From the NCBI GenBank assembly GCA_964016885.1, contig OZ024757.1, positions 41,168,001-41,232,000 on the forward strand: 64,000 nucleotides of DNA. Reading direction: 5' to 3'. The notes beneath the pieces were generated by a model. That model searched no databases, was not told the origin of the DNA, and saw only the letters and a program-made list of their open reading frames with translations. Position numbers and translations under genes: made by a program. The DNA is from Eledone cirrhosa. Lineage: Eukaryota. The first letter of the stretch is position 1. Each line of letters starts with the position of its first letter. This document shows positions 1-14,539 of this stretch, one piece after another.

Positions 1-19
1 ATATATTTATATATATATT

Positions 20-246
<227 letters not shown>

Positions 247-369
247 ATATTTATATATATATTTATATATATATATTTATATATATATATATATTCCCTT
301 ATGTCTAGTGAGTAGGGGAGAAGAGGTGCAAACAAAAGGGAGAAGAGAAGTAAGAGAAGGATTTTTGTG

Positions 370-710
370 CCTCTATGTGTGAGTGAGTGTAAGTAAATAT
401 GCCTCTGTGTGTGTGTGAGTGTAAGTAAATATGTCTCTCTATATGTGTGTGTGAGTGTAAGTAAACGTGTATCTATATATATGTGTGTGTGTGAGTGTAA
501 GTAAATGTGTCTCTCTATATGTGTGTGTGAGTGTAAGTAAACGTGTATCTATATATATGTGTGTGTGTGTGAGTGTAAGTAAATGTGTCTCTATATATGT
601 GTGTGTGAGTGCAAGTAAATGTGTCTCTATATTTGTGTGTGTGAGTGTAAGTAAATGTGTCTCTATATATGTGTGTGTGAGTGTAAGTAAATGTGTCTCT
701 ATATTTGTGT
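370..710. repeat. ~34-44-bp minisatellite (GTGAGTGTAAGTAAATGTGTCTCTATAT..)n
   Basis: About 9 copies of GAGTGTAAGTAAA. Confidence 0.9.
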
Positions 711-1479
711 GGATATTTGGTGGACTGAAAAACAAAAATGTATTTTGTATTTTTTGTGACTTGTGCTCCTGGATGTGTCTGTGCCACTGTCTCCCCCTAC
801 ATGACTCTATATTCACAATGATAACAGATCTGCCATTATCAATTCATCAAATCTACCATCACCATTACCAATATTAGCACAAATAGCACACACTAAGAGA
901 AGTACAAACATCACCCTAAACCATTACTATCAACACCACTACCACTACTACTACAGCACTGCCACAACACCAGCACCATAACAACCCCCACCACTACCAC
1001 GTCCATTACCATCGACATCACAAAACCTAGCGTAAATAACACTCTAACACCCTCTATTTTTTCAACCATTACTTTCACTACAACATCAACACCACAACCA
1101 CCACAACTACCACTACTAATTTGTCCCTCACTATTACTATATCCATCACCATCACATAAACTAACACAAAATTGCACACTAACAGCCTCCACTCTTTCAA
1201 CCCTTACTACCACTATAATACCATCACACCACCACCACAACACCACCATCACACCACCACCACCACAACTACCACCACCACTACCACCACTACCACAACC
1301 ACCACTACCATCATATACCACCACAACACAACCACCATCATATACCACCACTATGTCCATAAACATCACCAACACCAACGCAAACATCCATACTTCCCTA
1401 AATTCGTCAACACTGCTCCTATTTCTCTCTATATATATTTATATATATATATTTAGAAATAGGAATAGTATATATATAT

Positions 1480-1559
<80 letters not shown>

Positions 1560-1563
<4 letters not shown>

Positions 1564-1770
1564 TGTGGACGGGGATGTCGTCAAGAAAGATCTTGACATT
1601 CTGCTATCCAGGATCTCAGATGAACCCACAGCATCGTACAAAGGTAACCTAAGGACAGCAACAACGAACTCCCTCTTACTCCAATGGCCAACCAACGCAG
1701 GCTGGAGATAGAACAAGGGCAGTGCCCCAGCATGGCCTCAGCCGGATGGCTGGAACAGGTAGAAGTGTAA
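1560..1770 (+). mobile_element. CR1-like LINE 3' terminal fragment
   Basis: Encodes [48 protein letters not shown]. It is homologous to 37248-37575 on the opposite strand. Confidence 0.75.
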
Positions 1771-1949
1771 AAGTGTATAAAAGAGTATATATACATATGT
1801 ATATATATATATATATGTTTATGTATATATATATATATATATATATATGTTTATGTGTATATATATGTTTATGTATATATATATGTATGTATATATATAT
1901 GTATATATATGTTTATGTATATATATATATATGTATGTATATATATATG

Positions 1950-1980
<31 letters not shown>

Positions 1981-2079
1981 GTATGTATATATATATATAT
2001 GTATGTATATATATATATATGTATATATATGTATATATATATATATGTATATATATGTATATATATATATATATGTATA

Positions 2080-2110
<31 letters not shown>

Positions 2111-2127
2111 TTGTATATATATATTTG

Positions 2128-2158
<31 letters not shown>

Positions 2159-2691
2159 GTTTATGTATATAACACACACCTGCATTCTCTCACTTTCAAA
2201 ATGAACACTTTACACCTTGTCAGTTCTATTCGACACCTCCAACATATCCCAAGCCCCTTTATTTCCATCCCTGCCCCACACTAATGTTGTATAATACCAA
2301 AAACTGTTTCTACTCATGAAACGACCGATTTCCCCTCTTTTACTGCACCACCCACCCACCCCTACCAGCGCCGACAAAAAGAAATTTGGTTATTGGTTAT
2401 GATTGGTTATCAAAGAACTAGAAGAGTAAATGTGTTGGTGGGTGGAAGGTGTTATGAGGGGTAGTAGCAGTGGGAGGGGGGATAGTTCACAAGTTTCCTG
2501 TTCCCCCATAAACGGAATCACGAGAGCTGTGTTTTGATTTTATATCCTTGATTGGCAGCAGATAACGAGAATGGCCACTCACACTGCCAGCATATCAATC
2601 AATCATGCAGTTGTAGAGAAATGAAGAAAATAAATAAAACAATAACAACAACAACAACAATAATAACAACATTAATGATAATAATAATAAT

Positions 2692-2880
2692 GATTTCATT
2701 TATTAGCCACAAGGGCTGACATGTAGGGGACAATACAAAGACGGGGGCAGTGGGGGTTTACAATAAGGTCGAGTAAAAGTGTACAATGGCAAGACTAATT
2801 TAACAATGAAGATATAAAAAATATAAAATAAACTATGCATAAATATAACAAAATAAATTCCCCAAAAGGGGGTGGACGAG
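2692..2880 (-). mobile_element. 3' UTR fragment of the same Tx1-like LINE as 29489-30045
   Basis: Reverse complement matches ~29860-30045 (GATTTCATTTATTAGCCACAAGGG..GACATGTAGGGGACAATACAAAGAC..GTACAATGGCAAGACTAATTTAACAATG). Confidence 0.8.
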
Positions 2881-2899
2881 GTGGGGGGGGGGGGATAAT

Positions 2900-3106
2900 G
2901 ATAATAATAATAATAATAATTGTTTCTACTTTTGGCACAAGCCAGCAATTATCCCAGTGTATTACTGGTACTTTAATTTATCGACCCCATAAGGATGAAA
3001 GGCAAAGTTAACCTCAGCGGGATTTGAACTCAGACCATAAAGGGCCGTAACTCTTTGCTGCAAAGCATGGCTTCCGACCCTCTACCGATACTGCCAATCC
3101 ACCGCC
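2900..3106 (-). mobile_element. SINE family A, full-length
   Basis: Reverse complement of the 13300-13500 unit, including GGATTTGAACTC and CTGCCAATCCACCGCC. Confidence 0.88.
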
Positions 3107-3659
3107 CTATCCGCCAATCCACCGATACCAATAATAATAATGTGTAAATAGATAGATTGGTAGAGAAGTTAGTTGGTGTCATAGAACAATCGTAAAAAAA
3201 TAAATAAGAGAAAAAAAAATAATTGTAGAAATAGGAACTTGTGAAGGTATCTGTTAATTTGTTTTACACCTAGGTAAAAAAAAATATTAAACTGATCAGA
3301 AAGTTCTTTGAATGTTTGTTAGTTTTGTATTTGTTATTCTTTGGTTAATGTTTTGTTTTTTTTCTAATTATCATCTGGTGTAACTTTTTTAGTTCTTATG
3401 TAAGGATTATGGATTTTTATTTTGGATTTTCTATTTTTTATTTTGTTTTTGTTTTGATTGTTTTCTCTCAGATTTATAACTTCATATTTTTTAAATTATT
3501 TGAATATTTCCTCTATTTAATATTATTAATATATTTACACATATTCCAGTGAATATACATACATATATATATACCTGTACGGACACAAACACACATATAT
3601 ATATATGTATAGAACACATATATTTTTTATTTATATATCATCCTTATATATATATCTAT

Positions 3660-3692
<33 letters not shown>

Positions 3693-3698
<6 letters not shown>

Positions 3699-4206
3699 GT
3701 AATAATAATAAATGTGAAGACTAAAATCTGAAGAGGCCTTGATAAGGATAATATATATATATAAATATATAAAAACCATAGAACAAATATTTTCAGAAGA
3801 TCCCGTTAAGGATGAAAGCAGCGTTTCTTTGCTTAAAACTGCTGAGCTCTGGCCATTTCTATAGCTAGATCCAAAGATATACACACAGATCTAGCTGTCG
3901 AAATGGCCAGAACTCAGCTGTCGGAGTCCTGACTCTTTTCATATTACCCACTCTACCAACCCCAAGTATCGAGTACTCTGCTGGGTTATGGTCCACCTGG
4001 TATTTTACCACACCCTATATGATATATATATTAAAATAAGAGATTAAAGATTAAGCAAAGAATCGCTGCTTTCACCCTTAACGGGATCTTCTGAAACTAC
4101 GTTTCAGAAGATATTTGCACTAGGGTTCTTATATATTTGATATATATTTATCCTTATCGAGCACTCTTTGGATTTTAGTCTTCACATTTATTGTTATTAC
4201 TATATA
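3693..4206. repeat. Diverged inverted repeat (arms ~3693-3836 and ~4051-4206) with nested hairpin, Penelope-like terminal remnant
   Basis: AATAAATGTGAAGACTAAAATC pairs with GATTTTAGTCTTCACATTTATT, and TTTCAGAAGATCCCGTTAAGG.TGAAAGCAGCG pairs with its reverse complement. The inner 31-bp stem spans 3841-3918. A third partial arm lies at ~4305-4370. Confidence 0.8.
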
Positions 4207-4637
4207 AACATTATATTACTATATATAATGTTTATTACTATATAAACATTATATATTTTACTATATATAATGTTTATTACTATATAAACATTATATATTT
4301 TTTTAAATAACAGATTAAAGTTTAAGCAAAGAATCGCTGCTTTCACCTTTAACTGGATCTTCTGAAACTAACAAACATTATATATATATATATGCTGGCC
4401 TTGTGCCTAAAGTAGAAACAATTATATATATATATATATGTAAGTATATATAAGGAGATCATTCTCTTCAACCAAAATGTAAAGAGCTAAACCGAAGCCA
4501 TGCAAATCAGGAAACTCAAGTAAACACGAAGGATAATGTTACAAACAACACATTCCACTACATATATATGAGTGTATATATATAAATATATATTTATAAT
4601 GATTTACAAATAATGGTTTACAAAGCTAGTCAAAGAG

Positions 4638-6407
<1,770 letters not shown>

Positions 6408-6671
6408 GTGTGTATGTGTATATGTACATGTATACATCTATACTTACATACATACATAGAAACATAAACAAACATACATATATATACACAAAAATATATA
6501 CATTAACATATACCTTTATGATGAAAAGAAAGTCTATATAACTCCCTGCTGAAGCAAACACGTTACTGTATTACGATACTATCGATCTTCCATACTTTAG
6601 TCGATATAGACAATTAGGTGGAACATTTACCCTCAACAGTTTATGCTCCACACACAAAAGAATCTAATATA

Positions 6672-6715
<44 letters not shown>

Positions 6716-7760
6716 TAGATACATACATACACCAACAATAAATATATAAATATATAAATACAATATATAGAAAACATTATATAAATCAAATATTTGTATA
6801 TAAGGTGTATATACAATATATATACAAAATAAATATACATATAATATATATACATACAATATATGTATATATATGTAGGTATGTATATGTATATATACAT
6901 ACAATATATATATATGTATATATACATACAATATATATATATGTATATATATATATACAAAATAAATATACATACAATATATACAATATATATGTACAAA
7001 ATAAATATACATACAATATATATACATACAATATATACACATACAATATATACACATACAATATATACAATATATATATATATACAATATATATATATAC
7101 AAAATAAATATATATATACAATATATATATATTTCTACCAGCCGAAATACGATTCTCGCTGAATTTTATATATATATATATATATATTTACCAATAACCC
7201 ATCATAAAAACCCAAACAAATCTACAAATATATTTTCCTCTCTTCCGAGATGAAAGGAGTTTTGTTTAATAGGTGTGAGAATAAACCTTGCTGGCTCTGT
7301 AGGAAATTTGAAAAATTGTTAAAGCTATAATGTTATATTTCAAGCATGAGTCTTTCAATAGATGTTTATGTTCAGCATTTCAACTCTGTTTTCTATAACT
7401 AATAACGAATATCGTATTTAACGATGTCTCTCCCAGATAGACTGATGTTAACTTCTTTGAATAGATGTTAACATCAACCTATCTCTCTCTTCCTACATCT
7501 CTCTATCTCTCTCTTTCTACATCTCTCTATCTCTCTCTATCTTAACACCAACCTATTTCTGTCTTCCTACATCTCTCTATCTCTATCTTAACACCAACCT
7601 ATGTCTCTCTTCCTACATCTCTCTATCTCTATCTCTCTCTCTATCTCTATCTTTACACCAACCTATCTCTCTCTTCCTGCATCTCTCCATCTCTCTCTCT
7701 ATCTTTACACCAACCTATCTCTCTCTATCTCAATCTTAACACCAACCTATCTCTCTCTTC

Positions 7761-7798
<38 letters not shown>

Positions 7799-7905
7799 CT
7801 TCTTATATATGTATGTGTGTAACTATATATGTGAGTATTATGCCGGTATCTATCTATCTATATACGTACAACTGTGTGTATACATATATACATATACATA
7901 TATAC

Positions 7906-7941
<36 letters not shown>

Positions 7942-8419
7942 AAGAATATACATACATACACAAAAATATATATATATAAATATATTCACCCTTGAAGGCA
8001 TAGTAAATAATTGCTAAATTGATGATTATATACATATATATATATATATAGATAGATATATTTGTATATATATATGTATGTATGAATGTATATATGTATT
8101 ATATATATATATATGTACACATAAAGATGTGTATGTGTCTGTATATATATATATATTTGCTAAACCAATCTAGACTGAACCGAATATTAACATATGTTGG
8201 TACACCTAAAGGTAAATATACAGACAACAGAAACACAAGATGTAGATAAAACAATGAAAATGATGAGGAAGCTCTGAGGAGTAAGTAGAGTCATTGGAGA
8301 GATCACAGGTGTGTGACAAAAGATATTTAACATTGAAATACATATTTGGATACTAAACTAACCAAAGAATGGATTAGTTAGTTGATTAATTTTGGATTTA
8401 AACACTACATAAATTACCG

Positions 8420-8580
8420 GCTCAAAGCTGGTAATTTATGGAATGGGGAAAGTCGATTATGTCGACCAATGTATATGACTGGTACTTTATTTCATTGACC
8501 CTGGAAAGATGAAAGGCAACGTTAACCTCGGTGAAATTTGAACCCAAACCATAAAGTGAGGTAATTAAATGCTGCAAAAC
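8420..8580 (-). mobile_element. SINE family A, old degenerate copy
   Basis: GACTGGTACTTTATTT..GATGAAAGGCAACGTTAACCTCGG..ATTTGAACC. Confidence 0.65.
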
Positions 8581-8824
8581 ATATTTACTGATACTTTATT
8601 GGCAGTTCTGAATGAGCAAAACATCGTCATCTGATCTGATTTGTCTCACAATCGGACAATTACCCTGACCCATGCTAGCATAGAAAAATTGACAATAAAC
8701 TTTGATGAAGATACACACACATGTATATACACATAAATATATTCATAAATGTATAAACATACTTATAGAAACAATCACACATTCACTCTCATACACACCC
8801 ATACACACATTTATATATATATTA

Positions 8825-10993
8825 GAGTCGTATAATATAGAGGAACAGTGGGAATTCCTGAAAGCAAACCTGCTGACGGCGGCAGACGAAGTCTGTGGCT
8901 GGAGCAGGCCTGTAGGTAGGAGGAGAGTAACTTGGTGGTGGAATAGTAAGGTTGAGGAGTCAATTAAGGCCAAAAAGCAGGCTTGGGAAATATGGCGGGA
9001 TGGGGGAAGTAGAGAAGACTATCAAGTGGCCCGGAGGGAAGCTAGGAGACAAGTGTACTTCGCAAGAAGGGAAGCAGAGGAAAGAAAGTTCAAGCATGTT
9101 CTACAACGTGAGGACCAAAAACGTGAGGTGTTCAGGATTGCTAGGCAATGTGTCAAGGAAAACCGTGATATTGTCGGGGAGAAGTGTGTACTTAACGATG
9201 ATGGCATACTTGCCATCACCGACGCTGATAAGAAGGTAACTTGGAAGTGTCACTACGAAAGGCTTCTAAATGAGGAGAATAAATGGGAGAAAGACAGTCT
9301 CCCCCACATCGACCCAATAGAGGGACCAGCAGTGTTAGTCGAGGGTAGTACAATAAGTAAGGCAATCAAAGATATGAAGACGGGTAAGGCGGCTGGGCCT
9401 TCGGAAATAGTTGCTGAGATGCTGAAGGCATCTGGTTCGGTGGGACACACCATGGTCACCCGGATAGTTAACCAAGTCGTACAGAATGGGGTTGTTCCGA
9501 AGGACTGGCGTAGCAGCATCATCGTTAACTGCTATAAGGGAAAAGGAGATGCCCTAGATAGGAGTAACTATAGAGGCATTAAATTAATCGACCAGGTCAT
9601 GAAGGTCACGGAAAAAGTAATAGCGCAACTAATCAGAGAGAGAATTGATCTAGATGAAATGCAGTTCGGGTTTGTGTCAGGCAAAAGTACCACAGACGCT
9701 CTTTTCATTGTACGACAACTACAGGAGAAGTACCTAGCTAAAAGTAAACCCCTATACTTAGCTTTTGTCGACTTGGAGAAAGCCTTCGACAGAGTCCCCC
9801 GTCCCATTATCTGGTGGGCTCTTAGAAAACTAGGTGTTGACGAATGGCTTGTGAGAGCTATACAAGCCATGTATAAAGAAACAGTCAGTAAGGTTAGAAT
9901 TAACAACGAATATAGTGAAGAGTTTAGCGTAAAAGTTGGTGTCCATCAGGGCTCTGTTCTTAGCCCCCTACTATTTATTATTTCCCTTCAGGCTATAACA
10001 GAGGAGTTCAAGACCGGCTGCCCATGGGAACTCCAATACGCAGATGATCTAACGCTCATAGCTGAATCAATGACCGAACTAGAGAAGAAATTCCAAACAT
10101 GGAAGCACGGCCTAGAATCAAAAGGCCTTAAAATTAACCTGGCTAAGACTAAAGTTCTAGTTTGTAGGAAAGAAAATAAGGCGGCGGTCCCTTCCGGGAA
10201 ATGGCCATGCTCAGTGTGTAGGAAAGGCGTAGGTAGAAACTCCATTTTATGTCCCCAACGCAAAGTATGGGTGCATAAAAGATGTAGTGGGATCACAGGT
10301 AAGCTAACTAAGAACATAGATTTTACATGTGGCCGGTGCTCTGGTGCAATAAGTAGCAGCATGTGCCCACTAAATACTAGCTCTTTCAATTGCGCAGAGG
10401 GTTCTATAGAAATAGTGGACAGCTTCCGTTACCTGGGTGACAAAATCAGCAGTGGGGGAGGGTGCTCTGAAAGTACAGTAGCTAGAGTCAGAACTGGATG
10501 GAAAAAGTTCAGAGAGCTTATACCACTATTAGCCGCTAGAGGGTTCTCCCTAAAAATGAAAGGCAGGTTATACGATGCCTGCATACGTACAGCAATGCTG
10601 CATGGCAGTGAGACCTGGGCATTGTGTGCAGAGGATAGACGCAGACTAGAGAGGAACGAAGCTTGCATGCTCCGCTGGATGTGCAATAGTAATATACGTG
10701 AACGGCTAAGCATAAACGAACTAAGGAAAAAATTAGAAATAAGAGGGATCAGATGTTGTTTACTCGAGAGAAGGCTACGTTGGTACGGTCACGTGATGCG
10801 CATGAAAGACGACAGCTGTATAACAAAGTGCAGGGCAATAAAGATAGACGGTAGCCACGGAGTAGGCAGACCCAGAAAAACCTGGGACGACATGATAAAT
10901 TCCGACCTCACACGCTTACACCTCTCCAAGACAATGTCACTGGACCGAGACCTTTGGCGGTACTCAGTAATAGAGAAGACTCGCCTTACCTAA
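8825..10993 (+). CDS. Reverse transcriptase ORF of RTE LINE (N-terminally truncated) with inserted PHD-like zinc finger
   Basis: The ORF track gives 8702..10993, but the first ~41 codons are flanking microsatellite. Motifs seen: TWWWN, KAAGPSEI, YKGKGD..NYRGIKL, QFGFVSGKST, AFVDLEKAFDRV, GVHQGSVLSPLLF, YADD (10037-10048), FRYLG, MLHGSETW, RLRWYGHVMR, GRPRKTW. Confidence 0.92.
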   Translation, partial: ESYNIEEQWEFLKANLLTAADEVCGWSRPVGRRRVTWWWNSKVEESIKAKKQAWEIWRDGGSREDYQVARREARRQVYFARREAEERKFKHVLQREDQKREVFRIARQCVKENRDIVGEKCVLNDDGILAITDADKKVTWKCHYERLLNEENKWEKDSLPHIDPIEGPAVLVEGSTISKAIKDMKTGKAAGPSEIVAEMLKASGSVGHTMVTRIVNQVVQNGVVPKDWRSSIIVNCYKGKGDALDRSNYRGIKLIDQVMKVTEKVIAQLIRERIDLDEMQFGFVSGKSTTDALFIVRQLQEKYLAKSKPLYLAFVDLEKAFDRVPRPIIWWALRKLGVDEWLVRAIQAMYKETVSKVRINNEYSEEFSVKVGVHQGSVLSPLLFIISLQAITEEFKTGCPWELQYADDLTLIAESMTELEKKFQTWKHGLESKGLKINLAKTKVLVCRKENKAAVPSGKWPCSVCRKGVGRNSILCPQRKVWVHKRCSGITGKLTKNIDFTCGRCSGAISSSMCPLNTSSFNCAEGSIEIVDSFRYLGDKISSGGGCSESTVARVRTGWKKFRELIPLLAARGFSLKMKGRLYDACIRTAMLHGSETWALCAEDRRRLERNEACMLRWMCNSNIRERLSINELRKKLEIRGIRCCLLERRLRWYGHVMRMKDDSCITKCRAIKIDGSHGVGRPRKTWDDMINSDLTRLHLSKTMSLDRDLWRYSVIEKTRLT

Positions 10994-11490
10994 ATATAAA
11001 GTAAAAACCTACTACAGTCAGTAGGCATCTCTATCAAAACACTCCCCCGTCCCACCACCTCCACCCCATCCACACCGCCCCTTTCAATGTAAAGTTACGT
11101 TGGTCCCACAACACCAAGGCCGAAACAAATGAGATCGTGTAGGTGTCACGACAAAAAACACACAGTCCACGCTGTAAATGTGGCCGTGTAGGCAACACGG
11201 TAAAAACCTCCCAGCCCCACACTGTAAATGTGGTTGGTGTTAGGAAGGGCATCCAGCTGTAGAAAACCCGCCAGACAGTCCACCCTGTAATGTGGCCGTG
11301 TAGGCAACACGGTAAAAACCTCCCAGCCCCACACTGTAAATGTGGTTGGTGTTAGGAAGGGCATCCAACTGTAGAAAACCTGCCAGACAGTCCTATGCGA
11401 GCAAGACAACCACTCTTGCCTCAAGTGGGAAAACCCCCGTCCAAACCCATGCAAGCGTGGAACACGGACGCTAAACCTGATGATGATGAT
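8825..11490 (+). mobile_element. RTE-clade non-LTR retrotransposon (LINE), 5'-truncated, with 3' UTR and (GAT)n tail
   Basis: Abrupt switch from TA-rich to higher-GC unique sequence at ~8825. The RT ORF runs to 10993, followed by a ~500-bp 3' UTR ending 'AACCCATGCAAGCGTGGAACACGGACGCTAAACC(TGA)n' at 11444-11490. No AP-endonuclease N-terminus is present. Confidence 0.93.
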
Positions 11491-12209
11491 ATATATATAT
11501 ATAATGTGTGTGTGTGTGTGTGTGATTAAATGGAGAATATTATGAGAGAGAACATACTACTACAACAACAAAAAATGGTAGTTGCCAGAAAATACAACTC
11601 TGAATATACATATTGTATTTAAACGATGGTGTAGATGAATTTATTCCATTGTCTGTCAAATAATATAGAATAAACAAGAAATAAATATATTTATTTACTA
11701 TAAAAATAGCATAGATAGTAAAATGTTTAATAAGAATTTCGAGAAATTAATAAAATTCTTCAAGATTTGAAAGAATTTTTAATCTCTAGTTTCTCTCCAA
11801 AATGAACGTATTTTTGGATTTTTGGAATGAAATAAATTAAAGATTTGTTTTTAATCATCTTCCAATAAATAACTTTGATTTGGTCTTGTTTGTTTCTTTG
11901 TGTGTGTCTTTCTTTTGTTTCATGTCTTTTTTTGTATGTATTTTTGTAATGTTTATGATTGACAGGTAAGCTATGTTGTAATATGAAGTGGGTGGGGCGA
12001 AAAAGTTCATAGTCTGATTATGAAGGATTGATGTTAGAGATGTGAAATCTTGCATAAATTAATTTCAACTCTTCTTATTAATAACTGTATTGTTTCTTTC
12101 CGGGGACTATTTTGAAAAATGAATTACATTTGGTCATTCCATGAGAGTATCTTGGTCACTCTATGAAATTTCCAGCTGACCATCATATGTATCTGTGTGT
12201 GTGTGTGTG

Positions 12210-12242
<33 letters not shown>

Positions 12243-12250
<8 letters not shown>

Positions 12251-12628
12251 TGCCCCCTCGTTATCGAGTATGGCCATTGCACGATACACCATTATTAATA
12301 ATTATTAATTAATTTTATCGTGCAATGCCTGTGCATGAAGATATTTTTTAAAGTGAGGAAAGACAGTGCACTGAGCCAATCCCACTCTCTGAGCGACAGT
12401 AGCTATAACCCGAAAAGAAGAAAAGATCAACATCATCAGTAACTACTGAGCAGCAGGTTTTATATCGGAGTTATCCCAGTTTCCTGAGTTACCTTCTAGA
12501 AGAATTCCCTGACAAAGGCTAGGGGTCCTTCACTCCCACTGGTTTAACTGGGCGGTGCATGTCTATATACGTGGTATATTTACACAATTTTGGATGGCCG
12601 TCGACTCTTATGAGTTCTTCCGCCCTAT
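12243..12628 (-). mobile_element. Probable retroposon fragment inserted in (TA)n
   Basis: A GC-richer island bounded by TA repeats. The minus-strand end ATGGCCATACTCGATAACGAGGGGGCAGCC(AT)n resembles RTE-type 3' termini. An internal inverted repeat CATTGCACGATA/TATCGTGCAATG is present. Confidence 0.4.
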
Positions 12629-12631
12629 ATT

Positions 12632-12669
<38 letters not shown>

Positions 12670-13299
12670 TACATAACTAACTATATTAACTGAGTGAATT
12701 AAAAGTAAGACATACATTTCCCTTATATACGATATATACACTAGTTGGTGTATATATCGTATATATAAAAATATGTCTTGTGGTGCACTCTCAACAAATC
12801 TGTGGGAAATACTCACAAAACTTTTACAAACATATTTTCTGTCAGAGAGGAAACAATATAATCAATATCCTCTTTGTATCTTGTTAAGAATTGCTGGCCT
12901 TGTGCCAAAAGTAGAAACAATTATTATTAGTAGTAGTGGTATTGGTAGTAGTAGCAGTAGTGGTGGCAGTGTTAGTCGTAGTAGTAGTGGTATTGGTAGC
13001 AGTAGTATTGGTAGCAGTAGTAGTATTTGTGATGTTGGTACTAGTACTGGCAACAGTAGTGTTGGTGGTAGTTATAGTAGTAGTGGCGGTGGTAGTAGTG
13101 GTGGTAGTTATAGTAGTAGTGGTGGTGGTAGTAGTGGCGGTGGTAGTAGTGGTGGTAGTTATAGTAGTAGTGTTGGTGGTAGTTGTAGTAGTAGTAGTGG
13201 CGGTGGTAGTAGTGGTGGTAGTTATAGTAGTGGTTGTGGTTTCTAATAAAGAAATTATCATTACTGTTCTCCTTCTTATATCATTATTATTATTATTAA

Positions 13300-13500
13300 G
13301 GCGGTGGATTGGCAGTATCGGTAGAGGGTCGGACGCCATGCTTTGCAGCATAGAGTTACGTCCCTTTATGATCTGAGTTCAAATCCTGCCGAGGTTAACT
13401 TTGCCTTTCATCCTTACGGGGTCGATAAAATAAAGTACCAGTAATGCACTGGGTAATTGCTGGCCTTGTGCCAAAAGTAGAAACAATTATTATTATTATT
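13300..13500 (+). mobile_element. tRNA-derived SINE (family A), full-length copy
   Basis: A-box-like TGGCAGTATCGG (13310-13321) and B box GAGTTCAAATCC (13375-13386). Central CTTTGCCTTTCATCCTTACGGGGTCGATAAAATAAAGTACCAG, then 3' GCTGGCCTTGTGCCAAAAGTAGAAAC and an (ATT)n tail. More than 15 copies or fragments occur in the window. Confidence 0.9.
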
Positions 13501-13891
13501 GCTATTATTGTTGTTTTTATTATTGTTGTAATTGTTGACATTGTTGTTGTTACTGTTGTTGATGTTGTTGATGTAATTGATGTTGTTGTTACAAGACTTT
13601 ACTACACCCAGTCAGGGAAGGCTGAAATGATATACCTTACATTTTAATACAAATAGATGCACTATATTATGTGTATGTGTGTGTATATTGACACACACAC
13701 GCACACGCAGACGCACACACACACACATATATATATAGCTGCATAGATAGATAAATATGGATATATGTACATACACATACACACACATATATATATACAC
13801 ATACTTACACACACACATGTGTATATTTGTATATATGTGTGTGTGTGTGTGTGTTTATAGTGTGTGTATGTGTGTATATTGACACATATTC

Positions 13892-13930
<39 letters not shown>

Positions 13931-14017
13931 TATATAGCTACATAGATAGATAAATGTGGATATATGTACATACATACACACACACACATATATACACATA
14001 CTTATACAAATGTACAC

Positions 14018-14073
<56 letters not shown>

Positions 14074-14539
14074 ATAGTGTGTGTGTACAGCAGACATTTG
14101 CATGTCCCTGTATCATAGCTGTATTCAAGTTGAAGAAACGGAAATAAAACGTTTTGCTGTATTGCATGCAAAGATTGAGATATATATATATATATACAGA
14201 CTCACAGATATATATATATATACACATACAGACTCACAGATATATATATATATATATACACATACAGACTCACAGATATATATATATATATACATATATA
14301 TGTTTTGCTATGTTGCATGCAAAGATTGGTATATGTGACACGATATGTTGTATCAATACTAGTAGTAGTAGCAGCAGCAGCAGCAGCAGTAGTAGCAGCA
14401 GTAGTAGCAGCAGTAGTAGCAGCAGCAGCCTAAATACAACAACAGTGGCAACAGTGATACAATAGTGATATAGGTAGGACAAAAATTGGTAAACTTGTAA
14501 ATAAACAGATAAACCGTCAGATACACACATATAATTAGA

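Noticed and set aside
8702-8824. N-terminus of the RT ORF as a real start
   Set aside because: It has a TTG start and low-complexity flanking sequence; the element is 5'-truncated at ~8825.
12773-13376. Gly/Ser-, Thr- or Val-rich protein ORFs (also 911-1387, 38311-38670, 42194-42934)
   Set aside because: These are (GGT/AGT/GAT)n trinucleotide-type repeats readable in all frames.
13300-13390. tRNA gene
   Set aside because: A/B boxes are present, but no cloverleaf could be drawn and the sequence continues into a high-copy SINE body.
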